A stretch of DNA of 64,000 bases from Terriglobia bacterium (GCA_963666975.2 CAXVYR010000004.1:192001-256000); one strand, 5' to 3'. Shown: positions 40,767-51,091, counted from the stretch's first letter. Notes: generated from the sequence alone by a model not told the origin. Program-made: numbers and translations.

Positions 40767-41564
40767 CTATTCTGACGCCCTCCTGTACCGGGTCAGGTAG
40801 TTCTCTAGTTGGCTGAAGCCGCCGATCTCCATTGCCATCATTACTGCAATGAAGATGGCCGTCCAAGCCACCGTCGAGGCTGGCTGAATCAGCCGGTACG
40901 AGCTCTGCATTTCGACGCCAACTCCCTGCGATGCCGCAATAACCTCCACGATCACGACGACTTTCCACGCCATGCCGAACCCGTACCGCAGGGTGGCAAA
41001 GAAATAAGGGTAAAGCTGGGGGAGAACGATATCGAGGATGATCCTGAAGCGGCGAAGCTGGAAGAGCTGCCCCATCTCCACCAGACTCATATCCAATGCT
41101 TTAACTCCTTGCCAAAACTGATTGATCATGAAAGGGATGATTGTTACGGTCACGGCAAAGATCAGGGTCCACTCTCCCAACCCAAACCAGATCAACCCCA
41201 TCATCCCCATGGCCGGCGCAGGGATGCTGAGTCCGAAGACTACCCAGAAGCCGAACAGGTCCTCCGCCCACCGTCTGCTTCCCAGCAGAATGCCGCCCAG
41301 GAGGCTGAAGGCCAAACCCAGAATGGCGCTGACGATCACTCGGAAGAACGTCACCCAGAGGGTCTCATAGGTGCCTTTGCTCTGGAGGAGGGCGAAGGTA
41401 GCCGAGGCGACCTCAACGGGCGTCGGCAGGAATGGCAGGTCGCTGGCGAGCGACGTGAGCTGCCAGATCCCGACAAGGCTCGCCACTGAAATGATCTGAT
41501 AGAATGCTTTTCTGCGGAGCAAAAGCCACAAACTGCCAGGCTGCCGCGCCGCTTCCATTTCCAT
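40767..41564 (-). CDS. NitT/TauT-family ABC transporter permease
   Basis: FLPTPVEV, TM segments, LVEMGQLF..IVLPQLYP, GMAWKVVVIVE. Confidence 0.9.
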   Translation of the reverse strand: MEMEAARQPGSLWLLLRRKAFYQIISVASLVGIWQLTSLASDLPFLPTPVEVASATFALLQSKGTYETLWVTFFRVIVSAILGLAFSLLGGILLGSRRWAEDLFGFWVVFGLSIPAPAMGMMGLIWFGLGEWTLIFAVTVTIIPFMINQFWQGVKALDMSLVEMGQLFQLRRFRIILDIVLPQLYPYFFATLRYGFGMAWKVVVIVEVIAASQGVGVEMQSSYRLIQPASTVAWTAIFIAVMMAMEIGGFSQLENYLTRYRRASE

Positions 41565-41615
41565 TCTGGTTCCTCGATTGGAAGCAGTAGAACACTTTGG
41601 GACCGGATTCGCTCT

Positions 41616-42650
41616 CTAGGCGAAGTCCTCAAGATCCGCCAAAACCATATCCGGAGCAGAGGGGAGGATCCCCTGTTGGGCGGCGGCCCTGAGGTATTTT
41701 CTCTGCGTCTCTTTCATGGCTTGGTCCCACCGTGCGACGAGCAGCGGCAACTTGATGGTGCGCTCGATGAGCCGAGTGATGGCCGCGTCTTCCCGGATGC
41801 CCGTTAGCTCCTGAAACCGATTTTCCCGAAAGAACTCGTACCCGTTGCGGGACGCCCAATCAACCGTGTCGATCCAGGCGTCTCGGAACCGCCTCATGAT
41901 GTCCATGTTGTTCCGGACGTAGTTGACCGTGACGGTGATTCCGGAGAGGATCTTTGGTGTTCCCCACATTTTCTCGAACTCTTGTGAGTATGGGCCGAAG
42001 ATGATCTTGGCATCCGCTGCGATCTCGGCCCGCAGGGCCAGGGGATCAAACAACGTTGCGGCGTCAATATCCCCCCGCTGCAGCAGAGGAATGAGTCCTG
42101 GCGGGGAGGCTTCGGCCAGATCGAAGATTTGTTCCAGTCGGGGACGGTCCACCCCGAACTTCACTGCCAGCAGGACGGAGAGTTCGTTAAAGTTGGAGGA
42201 ATCGCGGCCAAAGATGCCGAGCTTCGGTTTGCGTCCCCGCCTTTGCTGGAAATTCAGCAGACCGTCCATGCTGTCTATCCCCGAATCGGTCCGGGCGATC
42301 ACGACGTTCGGGCTGCACAGAACACTGTTCAGCATGGTTACGGCGAATCTGGAGGAAGAAATGGCCAACTGGCTCGGACCGAAGTCGAAGGAAACATCCG
42401 ACAGCCCCTGCAGGAAGTTTTGGACGGAGAGATCGGCTCCAAAGGGTTTCACTTCCACGTTGAGTCCCTGCCTTCGTGCCGCTCCGGAGCGGACCAAAAG
42501 GTTGGCTGCCACGGCCGTCATGCCGCCCGACAGGCCGCTGACACGCACGGTGGGCATGGTTTGCCCGAACAGCAGCCCCGATCCGGATTTGCTGAAGGCC
42601 GCCGCCCCTAAGTTCAACCCGCTGTACTTGAAAAACTGTCTGCGATTCAT
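41616..42650 (-). CDS. ABC transporter substrate-binding protein (NMT1/SsuA-like), Tat-exported
   Basis: Twin-arginine signal MNRRQFFK; LQRGDIDAA..DP; operon position. Alternative start 42686. Confidence 0.82.
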   Translation of the reverse strand: MNRRQFFKYSGLNLGAAAFSKSGSGLLFGQTMPTVRVSGLSGGMTAVAANLLVRSGAARRQGLNVEVKPFGADLSVQNFLQGLSDVSFDFGPSQLAISSSRFAVTMLNSVLCSPNVVIARTDSGIDSMDGLLNFQQRRGRKPKLGIFGRDSSNFNELSVLLAVKFGVDRPRLEQIFDLAEASPPGLIPLLQRGDIDAATLFDPLALRAEIAADAKIIFGPYSQEFEKMWGTPKILSGITVTVNYVRNNMDIMRRFRDAWIDTVDWASRNGYEFFRENRFQELTGIREDAAITRLIERTIKLPLLVARWDQAMKETQRKYLRAAAQQGILPSAPDMVLADLEDFA

Positions 42651-42756
42651 ACCCTTCCCAAAAGGACTCCTTTCCAGATTCACCATGGAGGGGTGGTTCG
42701 AGCTATCGATCCATTCGACCGATAAGAATCGGAAGACGGAGTTCCACGCTCCCCCA

Positions 42757-44169
42757 TTAAAGGCCGTTGCGGGTCAGCTTCTTCAGCGCCTGCTCCAATA
42801 GGGGGCTGATCTCACAGCCGCCCTGCGGCATCACCCGTTCAAACCGCTTCCGCTCTTCTTTCCGCCATAGAGGCGGCTTGGTGGCGTCGATGGCCATTTT
42901 CCCCCCGACCCGCATCACGGTGACCTCATCGGAGACCTTCGGTACGGAGATGTCCAGAGGATGAATGCGCTCGTGAGGAAGGATGATCACGTCTTTCTCC
43001 GGGTTCACGCGGGTTGAGATCGCCCAGAAGACGTCCCGGGGATCGTGGACGTTCACATCCTCGTCAACGGCGATGACGATCTTCGGATGCAGGTGAGTGC
43101 CGGTCAGCGCCGAAAGCAAAACGTCGCGGGCCTGGCCATCCCACTGGGGCGTCATCTGAACGAAGACGATGAACATGGTCACCCAGGGCGGGATGAAGAC
43201 CTCATGGATCGTGCTGTGCCCGTGGACTTCCCGCATCCGTCGATACAGGCTGGCTTCCATGGGCAGGGAAACGAGCATCTGGTGATCGGTGAACCGCGTG
43301 GCTTGGACATGCCGGAAGATGGGCTCACGGCGGTGCGTGATAGCCGTGATCTGCCAGACCGGGGTTGGGCCCTCGGCCCCTGCGCCGTAGTTGGTGAACT
43401 CCCCGAAAGGGCCTTCCATCTCCCGTTCGGTGGGATGGACCAGTCCTTCGATAATGATCTCGGCTTGAGCGGGAACTTCCAGATCGATGGTCTCGCACTT
43501 CACCAACTCCAGTGTCTCGTTCAGGACGCCGGCGCCCAATTCCAACTCATCCCAGCCCTCGTGGGGTCCGCTGAAGTTCGCAAAAATTTCGTAGGCGGGA
43601 TGCACGCCGATGGCATAAGCCATAGGCATCGGTTTTCCCCGCTCCTGGTATTTTAAGAAGTGGTTCCAATTATGGCGGGCCGCCATCCAGAAGGGCACGC
43701 GGCGCGGGTGCCGAACCAGGGCCCGCACCATTGCCTCGTTTCGCACCCCGGTGTCGGGATCCTTGGTGATGGTTATTCCGGAGCCGATATACCGTCCGGC
43801 GTCCCCTATGGAGTGGACCGGAATCGGCAGTTTAGTCACATCCGCCTGATCTCCGAGCAGCTTCACTTCCTTGCAGGGTCCAGTAGAGACAATGACGGCC
43901 CGGCCCGGCCCGTGGTTAAACATGCGATCGGCTACGTACGGAACCAGATTTTCAACCGGTGCCCCCAGAGCGAGAGCCTGCAATTCCCGTGTGCTCACCA
44001 ACCGGTCACAGAGGCGCCACCCCTCAAAGCCCTTCAGTTTGTGGAGCAGGAAGGGATGTTTGCTCTCCGAGGAAAGAATGCCGACTTCCCGGAGCGGGTC
44101 GATCTCTTCCTCGATGTTGACCAGCCGCCCCCCCAACTCCGCCAGAAATCCGCGCAGTGTAGCCGCCAT
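42757..44169 (-). CDS. UbiD-family prFMN-dependent (de)carboxylase
   Basis: LPIPVHSIGDAGRYI, DPDTGVRN..R, VPAQAEIIIEG, EGPFGEFTNY, KIVIAVDEDV, WAISTRV, GKMAIDATKP. Confidence 0.93.
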   Translation of the reverse strand: MAATLRGFLAELGGRLVNIEEEIDPLREVGILSSESKHPFLLHKLKGFEGWRLCDRLVSTRELQALALGAPVENLVPYVADRMFNHGPGRAVIVSTGPCKEVKLLGDQADVTKLPIPVHSIGDAGRYIGSGITITKDPDTGVRNEAMVRALVRHPRRVPFWMAARHNWNHFLKYQERGKPMPMAYAIGVHPAYEIFANFSGPHEGWDELELGAGVLNETLELVKCETIDLEVPAQAEIIIEGLVHPTEREMEGPFGEFTNYGAGAEGPTPVWQITAITHRREPIFRHVQATRFTDHQMLVSLPMEASLYRRMREVHGHSTIHEVFIPPWVTMFIVFVQMTPQWDGQARDVLLSALTGTHLHPKIVIAVDEDVNVHDPRDVFWAISTRVNPEKDVIILPHERIHPLDISVPKVSDEVTVMRVGGKMAIDATKPPLWRKEERKRFERVMPQGGCEISPLLEQALKKLTRNGL

Positions 44170-44639
44170 TGCATGTCCCCCTAAAAGATTCGCTTTCGCC
44201 CCGCAGAGCTTTCCTTAAGGCCTATGCCCCGTTTTTGCATGCTCCAAGCCGAGCTTTCGATTTTAGCTTTCGCTGTGCGAAATCATACGCCAGCCGTCCA
44301 GTCTTTTCCAGCTTAGATTGCTGCGGAAAGGCAGTTGGACTCACAGAACTCAAAACATTTCAAAAATTGACTCCAACATTGCTCTGTTCCATTATTAGAG
44401 TTGCTCAGCGGATGATCCCCTTCTGGTCGTCCGGTATTGGGGAAAAGAAAGTGTTCGCAAGGGATTCCCGAGCCTTGCGCTTCCTTTCTTCGGGATCAGC
44501 AATGTACAATCCTCTATCCGAGGGTGCCGACTCTCAGGACCAGAAATCCATGAGAAGGGGCGATGCGCCGGGAGCTGAAACCGGCGGAGCTTTTGCAAGC
44601 AGTTGCCAGAGGCCCCTTTTCTTGACCTAAGGAGTCATC

Positions 44640-46094
44640 ATGAAACTTTCCTCCGTTCTTCTCTTCGTGTTGTCAGTCGTTGCTTGCTCGGTTGCGCTTG
44701 CCCAGATGGCCGAAGAGACCGGCCGGTCCCCCTTCCTGATCATTCAGGGGGGAACGCTCATCGATGGTACCGGAGCCTCTCCCACAAGCAACGGAAGAAT
44801 TGTTGTTCGTGGCAATAAGATCCTGAGTGTTGTTGGTGACACCGACGAGCCACTTCCGGATGGAGCCCGCCTGGTTGACGCGCGAGGAAAATATATTCTT
44901 CCCGGCCTGATCGACGGACATGCGCATTATGCAGGTTATGCCGAGCCTCTCTACCGTTCTAACGGGATTACATCGGTTGTTGACGTAGGAAACCCAACCC
45001 CGTGGATTCTGTCTCAGAAATGGGCCATCGAAAGAGGCTTGCTTCCCGGACCGAGGATCTATGCGACGGGATCTCAGATCGACAATCCCCCGCTGACATT
45101 CGGCTATGGGATCGCCGTCGAGACGGTGGAGGCGGCCAGAAGCGCCGTCCGACGCCAGGTGGAAGCCGGGGTAGACGCAATTAAAGTTTATAAGAAAATC
45201 CGCCCGGAATTATTGCGGGCGGTCATTGAAGAAGCGCACTTCTATGGGATTCCCGTAACCGGGCATATCGCCATGAGCGCTCGGGAGGCCCTCTTGATGG
45301 GGATCGACTCCATCGAGCACGCCGTTGGAATTCACATCCCCACGATGAGGAATCGGGAAAAATTGAAGGAGTTCCAGGAAAAAAGGTATACGGACGTGAA
45401 CTACCTGGCGGCTCATGACACCGTTACGGGAAGTTTCTACTACATGGAACCGGATCTGGTCCCGGACCTGGTAAAGCTCTTCGTGGAAAAGGGAACGTCG
45501 GTAACACCGACATTGGCGTCCTATTGGATCGGAGGCCACGGCTTTGCGGAGCGCTATGCCAGGGAGGATCAAGACCTGTTGTCGAGTCCTGCGTATGCCT
45601 TTGTCCCCGAATTCGATCGTAGGTGGATCATGCAGGCCCACAGTTACTTTGCCCGCATGAAGGCGGGACCCAAATATCGACAAGCCTACAAAAACCTGCA
45701 GTCGTTTCTGAAACAACTGGCCCAGGCGGGAGGAAAGATCGTAGCTGGGACGGATTCTACGGTCTACGAAATGCACGGCATTAACATCCACCGGGAAATG
45801 GAACTTCTGGTGGATGCCGGGTTGACTCCCATGCAGGCGCTTCTGGGAGCCACACGATATGCGGCGGAGAAGGTCCGGAAGTGGAACGAAGTGGGAAGCG
45901 TGGAGTCGGGCAAGTACGCGGACCTTCTGATCCTGGATGCGAACCCGATGGAGGACATCCGGAACACTCGGAAGATTCACATGGTGATCCAGAATGGGGT
46001 TATCTTGGATACGGAGTTGAACCCAAACTTTGTGAATCAGCTTCCCCGCCCGGCACGCGACCCCGAGAAACTGGAGAAGCTGATTTTTCCTTGA
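44640..46094 (+). CDS. Secreted amidohydrolase, paralog B1
   Basis: Signal peptide VALA|Q; IDGHAHY, AIKVYK, TGHIA, IEHAV, AGTD; same subfamily as A1-A6. Confidence 0.92.
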   Translation: MKLSSVLLFVLSVVACSVALAQMAEETGRSPFLIIQGGTLIDGTGASPTSNGRIVVRGNKILSVVGDTDEPLPDGARLVDARGKYILPGLIDGHAHYAGYAEPLYRSNGITSVVDVGNPTPWILSQKWAIERGLLPGPRIYATGSQIDNPPLTFGYGIAVETVEAARSAVRRQVEAGVDAIKVYKKIRPELLRAVIEEAHFYGIPVTGHIAMSAREALLMGIDSIEHAVGIHIPTMRNREKLKEFQEKRYTDVNYLAAHDTVTGSFYYMEPDLVPDLVKLFVEKGTSVTPTLASYWIGGHGFAERYAREDQDLLSSPAYAFVPEFDRRWIMQAHSYFARMKAGPKYRQAYKNLQSFLKQLAQAGGKIVAGTDSTVYEMHGINIHREMELLVDAGLTPMQALLGATRYAAEKVRKWNEVGSVESGKYADLLILDANPMEDIRNTRKIHMVIQNGVILDTELNPNFVNQLPRPARDPEKLEKLIFP

Positions 46095-46166
46095 GGAGGC
46101 TCTGGCCCCAGTGGGAATTTCACCCTGGAAGCACGTTTCCACTCTAGCCGCAGGAAGGACAATCAC

Positions 46167-47630
46167 ATGAAGCAACTCACCGTTCTTTTGGCAATCCTGT
46201 TCCTGGTTCATTGCTCCGCGCGCCCCCCGGAGGGCGAGGAGGTGCGAGGGGGAATCCCGACCCTGGTCATTCGAGGGGGAACGCTCATTGATGGCACCGG
46301 GGCCGGGCCCAGGGAGAACGGGATTATCGTTGTTAGCGACAAGAGAATCCTGAGCGTTTCTCAAAATCCAAACCAGCCCGCACCGGAAGGAGCTCGCCTG
46401 GTTGACGCACAAGGCAAGTACATTCTTCCCGGCCTGATCGACGGACACACGCACTACGACGGAAATGCCGCGCTCCTTTATCTTTCCAATGGGATCACAT
46501 CGGTCATTGACACGGGAAACACCGCCCCCTGGATCTACGCCCAGAAATGGGCGATCGAAAAAGGGCTAGTTCCTGGACCGAGGATCTTTGCGGCGGGGCC
46601 TCATGTCAATTCTCCGCCTGAAATCTTTGCCTCGATGATCATCGAGACCGTGGATGCCGCCAGGACCGCAACGCGGCAAATGATTGAGGACGGGTCGGAT
46701 CTGATCAAGGTTTATAAGCAGCTGCGGCCGGAGCTGCTCCAGGCAGTCATTGAGGAAGCGCACCTCCATGGGATTCCCGTAACAGGCCATCTGGCCATGA
46801 GCGCTCGGGAGGCCGTCTTGATGGGCATTGACTCGCTCGAACACGCCAGCGGAGTTCCCATCGCCACAATGACCGACGAGGAAAAGTTAAAAGAGGTCGA
46901 GGAAAAAAGATACACCGACGCGAACTACCTGGTGGATCATGCCACCCTGCCGGAAAGCTTCTACTATATGCAGCCCGAGCTGGTTTCAGAATTGGTTGAT
47001 CTTTTCATCGAGAAGGGAACGTCGGTGACCCCCACATTGATTTGTTACTGGATGGGAGCAACCGGCTTTGAGGAAGAATATGAAAAGGCTGATCGGGCGT
47101 TCTTTGCGGACTCGGCCTACGGCTTTGTTCCTGAGTTGGAGCGTCGCTGGATTCTCCGGGCCTACGATCATTTCAGCCGCATCAAAGCGGGTCCCAAATA
47201 CGAGCAGGGGTATAAGAATCTGCAGTCGTTTCTCAAACAATTCGCTCAAGCGGGCGGCAAGATCGTGGCTGGGTCCGATGCTTCCGGCTACGGGATGCAC
47301 GGTGTCAGTCTCCACCGCGAGCTGGAGCTTTTGGTTGCCGCCGGCCTCACTCCCATGCAAGCGCTTCTGGGAACCACCCGATATGCGGCGGAGAAGGTCC
47401 GGAAATGGGACGAGGCGGGAAGCGTGGAACCCGGCAAGTACGCGGACCTTCTGATTCTGGAGGCGAACCCGCTGGAGGACATCCGGAACACCCGGAAGAT
47501 TCACATGGTGATACAGAACGGGGTCGTATTGGACACGACCTTGGACCCGAACTTTATCAACCAGATCCCGCGCCCAGCCCCGACAGAGCAGTATATGACG
47601 ATGTATGAGAAGTTACTCTTTGGGAACTAA
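46167..47630 (+). CDS. Probable lipoprotein amidohydrolase, paralog B2
   Basis: FLVHC-SARPPEG N-terminus resembling that of A5; conserved ligands. Confidence 0.92.
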   Translation: MKQLTVLLAILFLVHCSARPPEGEEVRGGIPTLVIRGGTLIDGTGAGPRENGIIVVSDKRILSVSQNPNQPAPEGARLVDAQGKYILPGLIDGHTHYDGNAALLYLSNGITSVIDTGNTAPWIYAQKWAIEKGLVPGPRIFAAGPHVNSPPEIFASMIIETVDAARTATRQMIEDGSDLIKVYKQLRPELLQAVIEEAHLHGIPVTGHLAMSAREAVLMGIDSLEHASGVPIATMTDEEKLKEVEEKRYTDANYLVDHATLPESFYYMQPELVSELVDLFIEKGTSVTPTLICYWMGATGFEEEYEKADRAFFADSAYGFVPELERRWILRAYDHFSRIKAGPKYEQGYKNLQSFLKQFAQAGGKIVAGSDASGYGMHGVSLHRELELLVAAGLTPMQALLGTTRYAAEKVRKWDEAGSVEPGKYADLLILEANPLEDIRNTRKIHMVIQNGVVLDTTLDPNFINQIPRPAPTEQYMTMYEKLLFGN

Positions 47631-47703
47631 TCGGTCCAGGCGAGATGCACAAACTTTCAGGGTGACAGAGGATCTGTTGCCAACTTCAGGAGAGAAAAGC
47701 GTC

Positions 47704-49182
47704 ATGAAACACCACACTTTCATTTTTTTCCTCGTCTTCTTCTGCGTAAGTAGCTCTGGCTCTTTCGCTCAGCAGGCCGAGAAGAAAGCGGGAACTGCCT
47801 CCTTGATCATTCAAGGCGGGACTCTCATCGACGGCACCGGGGCCGGGCCAAGGGAAAACGGGACCATCGTAGTTCAAGACAACAAGATTCTCACCGTCTC
47901 TCGCGACCCCATCCAACCATTGCCGGAAGGAGCCCGTGTGATTGATGCGCGGGGCAAATACGTCCTTCCCGGCTTGATTGACGGACATACGCACTATGGC
48001 GGCTATGCCGCGCAACTTTACCTGCACTACGGAATCACATCGGTTGTTGACACAGGCAACACCAGACCGTGGATTCTGGTTCAGAAATGGGCCATTGAAA
48101 GAGGCCTAATTCCCGGACCGAGGATTTACGCTGCGGGGGCCATGATGGATCACCCTCCACTGGTCTTTTTCGATGGGAATACATTCCTGGTCGAGACGGC
48201 GGAGGCCGCTAAAGCTGCCGTGCGACGCCAGGTGTCGGAAGGGGTAGACGCCATCAAGGTTTACAAGCACATGCGGCCGGAGCTGGTGCAGGCGGTCATC
48301 GAGGAAGCGCATTTTCAGGGGGTTCCCGTGACCGGCCATATTTCGTTCAGTGCTCGCGATGCCGTCATGATGGGAATTGACTCGCTCGAGCACGCCAGCG
48401 GAATTCCCATGGCAACGATGACCGATCTGGAAAAACTGAAGGAGATCGAAGAAAGACGGTATACGGATGCAAACTACCTGGTGGATCATGCCTCTCTCCC
48501 CGAAATTTTCTACTATATGCAGGACGAACTGGTGGAGGATTTGGTTGAGCTCCTGGTGGAGAAAGGAACTTCTGTGACGCCCACTTTGGTGTGTTACTGG
48601 ATGGGAGTCCACCGCTTCTCCGAGCGATACGAACAGGAGGATCGAGCCTTCTTATCCAACCCGGCTTATGCTTTTGTCCCAGAATTGGACCGTCGCTGGA
48701 TCTTCCAGGCATATGATCATTTCGGCCGGATCAAGGCAGGCCCTAAATATCAGCAAGCCTACAAGAACCTGCAGGCGTTTCTTAGGAAATTCGCTCAGGC
48801 AGGAGGCAAGATCGTGGCAGGCTCGGATTCCAATCCCGGCTACGAAATGCACGGCGTCAGCCTCCACCGGGAGCTGGAACTCTTGGTGGACGCAGGTCTG
48901 ACTCCGATGCAGGCACTTTTGGGGGCGTCCAAGTATGCGGCTGAGAAATTCCGGAAATGGAACGAAGTAGGCAGCGTCGAGGCGGGCAAGTATGCGGATT
49001 TCGTGATCCTGGATGCCAATCCGTTGGAAGACATCCGGAACACCACAAAGATCCACATGGTGATTCAAAACGGCCGGGTTCTGGATACGGACCTGCACGG
49101 AAACTTCACGGATCAGATCCCTCACCCTCTTCTCAAGGAGGAGGAGATCGGCAGACAGGAGAAACTCCTCTTTGGCGATTAG
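47704..49182 (+). CDS. Secreted amidohydrolase, paralog B3
   Basis: Start MKHHT after AGGAG; signal peptide GSFA|Q; conserved ligands. Confidence 0.92.
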   Translation: MKHHTFIFFLVFFCVSSSGSFAQQAEKKAGTASLIIQGGTLIDGTGAGPRENGTIVVQDNKILTVSRDPIQPLPEGARVIDARGKYVLPGLIDGHTHYGGYAAQLYLHYGITSVVDTGNTRPWILVQKWAIERGLIPGPRIYAAGAMMDHPPLVFFDGNTFLVETAEAAKAAVRRQVSEGVDAIKVYKHMRPELVQAVIEEAHFQGVPVTGHISFSARDAVMMGIDSLEHASGIPMATMTDLEKLKEIEERRYTDANYLVDHASLPEIFYYMQDELVEDLVELLVEKGTSVTPTLVCYWMGVHRFSERYEQEDRAFLSNPAYAFVPELDRRWIFQAYDHFGRIKAGPKYQQAYKNLQAFLRKFAQAGGKIVAGSDSNPGYEMHGVSLHRELELLVDAGLTPMQALLGASKYAAEKFRKWNEVGSVEAGKYADFVILDANPLEDIRNTTKIHMVIQNGRVLDTDLHGNFTDQIPHPLLKEEEIGRQEKLLFGD

Positions 49183-49270
49183 CCGGGACAACTCCGAACA
49201 GCTGACCGGTTCTGTTCTCATTCCATTCATGCCCGGAGTGGCGCCGTCGGTAGTTGAATTGTCAGATCGC

Positions 49271-51091
49271 TCAGTGAGTGTCAAATGCTGCCTGATACTG
49301 AGCTATCGTGGTTCGGATCGCTTCCAATTCGGATTTTGTCGGATTGTCGGGATCAACCGGCACCGGCAGGGCGCCGAACTTCATCAGGCAAGCCATCAGG
49401 AGCAGGCGAGCTTTGGTAGCGGTCAGATTATTACCTTCGATATATAAGTCGTCTGGATTGGTGGGCGTAATTCCGCCGTGGTTGCCCCGGCCCACTCGGG
49501 CTACAGGAATCCCCCGCAAGACGGCCCCTGTCAAAGCCGCCATTTTCGGTTCGTCAAAAACGCCATATGGCGATTTCCCCTCGACCACAAAACCGGCGAG
49601 AGGAAAATGTTGTAGATTCTTCTCGATCCGAGCCAGGATCTCTACCTCGCTGGCAGCGTCATCAGAATGGTCCGGGGGCGCATACCTGGCGTGTTTCACG
49701 AAGGTTACCATAGGAATCGCCGTCGGGAGCAAGTCTCCCTTCTCATCCTTGATCGAAACCGAAACATTTCTGATCCCATCGCCGATTCGCTGCACCCCCT
49801 GAACGGCGGCAGCCAGCCTCGTCACATTGAACTCGGAAGAATACGTGTGTTGCTTCACAGGCAAGAAAGTAAGCTCCAGGGGATTGAGGCTGCCGATGAT
49901 CCCTCCGTGCCCGCCGGTTGCAATGTAACCGCCGGGCCGATCGTCCCCTTTTTGGACGTCCCGCGCCGTGAAAATCTGTTCTTCCTGAATCATCACGGCG
50001 CCAATCTTGTCGAGCCCGCTTGCATCCTTCCAGACACCGGACACAATGTAGTCGACCGAGTCTACAATATTACGGTCGCCGTCGTTACTCAGCATGCCGT
50101 GCACTCGCTGTGAGGAGTTGCCCACGATGGGCACGGTGGTATCAATCAGCAAGCTGAGCCAGTAAATTGTTTCTTCCGTCGATGGACTCCCCTCCAGCCA
50201 AATCGCACCCGCATAGTCGCCTTTGGCCAGTGCCCGCTGCACCACATTCGTCAAATGCGCCAGAGTTGGCATTGCGGGCTCCTGCCGGAAGGATTCGTAA
50301 GTGAAGAAGTCTTCACCCCACGTTTCATCCGGGATATCCTCCGCACCTACGTCCGTACGCGTACGCTGGGCGGCCGGCAAGCCTTTCCGATACCCACCCG
50401 ACGGAGCAGGCCGGAAGAAATGGAAATCGGCTTTAGAGCTGAGCAGGCCGTTGGTCGCGTTGACCCCAAGGCCGAAACGGTCAATCTCCTCGAAGACACG
50501 TGAGGCATCCGGGTAAAACGACAACCGGCACTTTTCAGGGGGGGCTCCGGGTTGCGCACAATGTCCGTTCCAAGCACTCCCGTCGGCCTGGCGAGCCATG
50601 TAAGGCAGCAAGTACGGTCCGTCTCCCGGGTCCAGTGTGACTTCGAAAACCGGGATGTCGTCAGGCGTTTGGCGTACCCTGCTAAAAGCGCGGGTTTGGG
50701 GGGTGACGTACCCGTCGGGTGGCGCGTAAAGTTCGCTCATGTCTTGCTCCAGGGGATGCGCGCTATATGCTTCAATGTATACCGTCACTGGAGCCGCCAA
50801 GCGTTGAGGTCTCAGGGCGTCAAAGCGCAGGGATGTTCCGTCCCGATGCGTGAGAGGCGGTAGCCCGTATTTCTCCCTCGCCTTATTGCTGGTGACAAGA
50901 GGTTCGCTGTTCAGTATGGTTGCGGTCGGCCCTGAAAACACAGCGATCCTTGGTTTGGCATCCTGCCCGTAGGTCGACAGGGCAACTCCGGCAAAGATCA
51001 TCACGAGTGGCAGTATGCGGGCAGAAATAAGCGAACAGGGACGTCTAATTCCACTCGAGCAGCGATTGCTTTTCCTTAAATTCCTGGACAT
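49271..51091 (-). CDS. Secreted asparaginase/glutaminase-fold protein, divergent
   Basis: IWLEGSPSTEETIYWLSLLIDTTVPIVGNSSQR..SNDGDRN; GIPVARVGRG; GNNLTATKARLLLMACL; large N-terminal insertion; signal-like segment ending STYG|Q. Confidence 0.75.
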   Translation of the reverse strand: MSRNLRKSNRCSSGIRRPCSLISARILPLVMIFAGVALSTYGQDAKPRIAVFSGPTATILNSEPLVTSNKAREKYGLPPLTHRDGTSLRFDALRPQRLAAPVTVYIEAYSAHPLEQDMSELYAPPDGYVTPQTRAFSRVRQTPDDIPVFEVTLDPGDGPYLLPYMARQADGSAWNGHCAQPGAPPEKCRLSFYPDASRVFEEIDRFGLGVNATNGLLSSKADFHFFRPAPSGGYRKGLPAAQRTRTDVGAEDIPDETWGEDFFTYESFRQEPAMPTLAHLTNVVQRALAKGDYAGAIWLEGSPSTEETIYWLSLLIDTTVPIVGNSSQRVHGMLSNDGDRNIVDSVDYIVSGVWKDASGLDKIGAVMIQEEQIFTARDVQKGDDRPGGYIATGGHGGIIGSLNPLELTFLPVKQHTYSSEFNVTRLAAAVQGVQRIGDGIRNVSVSIKDEKGDLLPTAIPMVTFVKHARYAPPDHSDDAASEVEILARIEKNLQHFPLAGFVVEGKSPYGVFDEPKMAALTGAVLRGIPVARVGRGNHGGITPTNPDDLYIEGNNLTATKARLLLMACLMKFGALPVPVDPDNPTKSELEAIRTTIAQYQAAFDTH

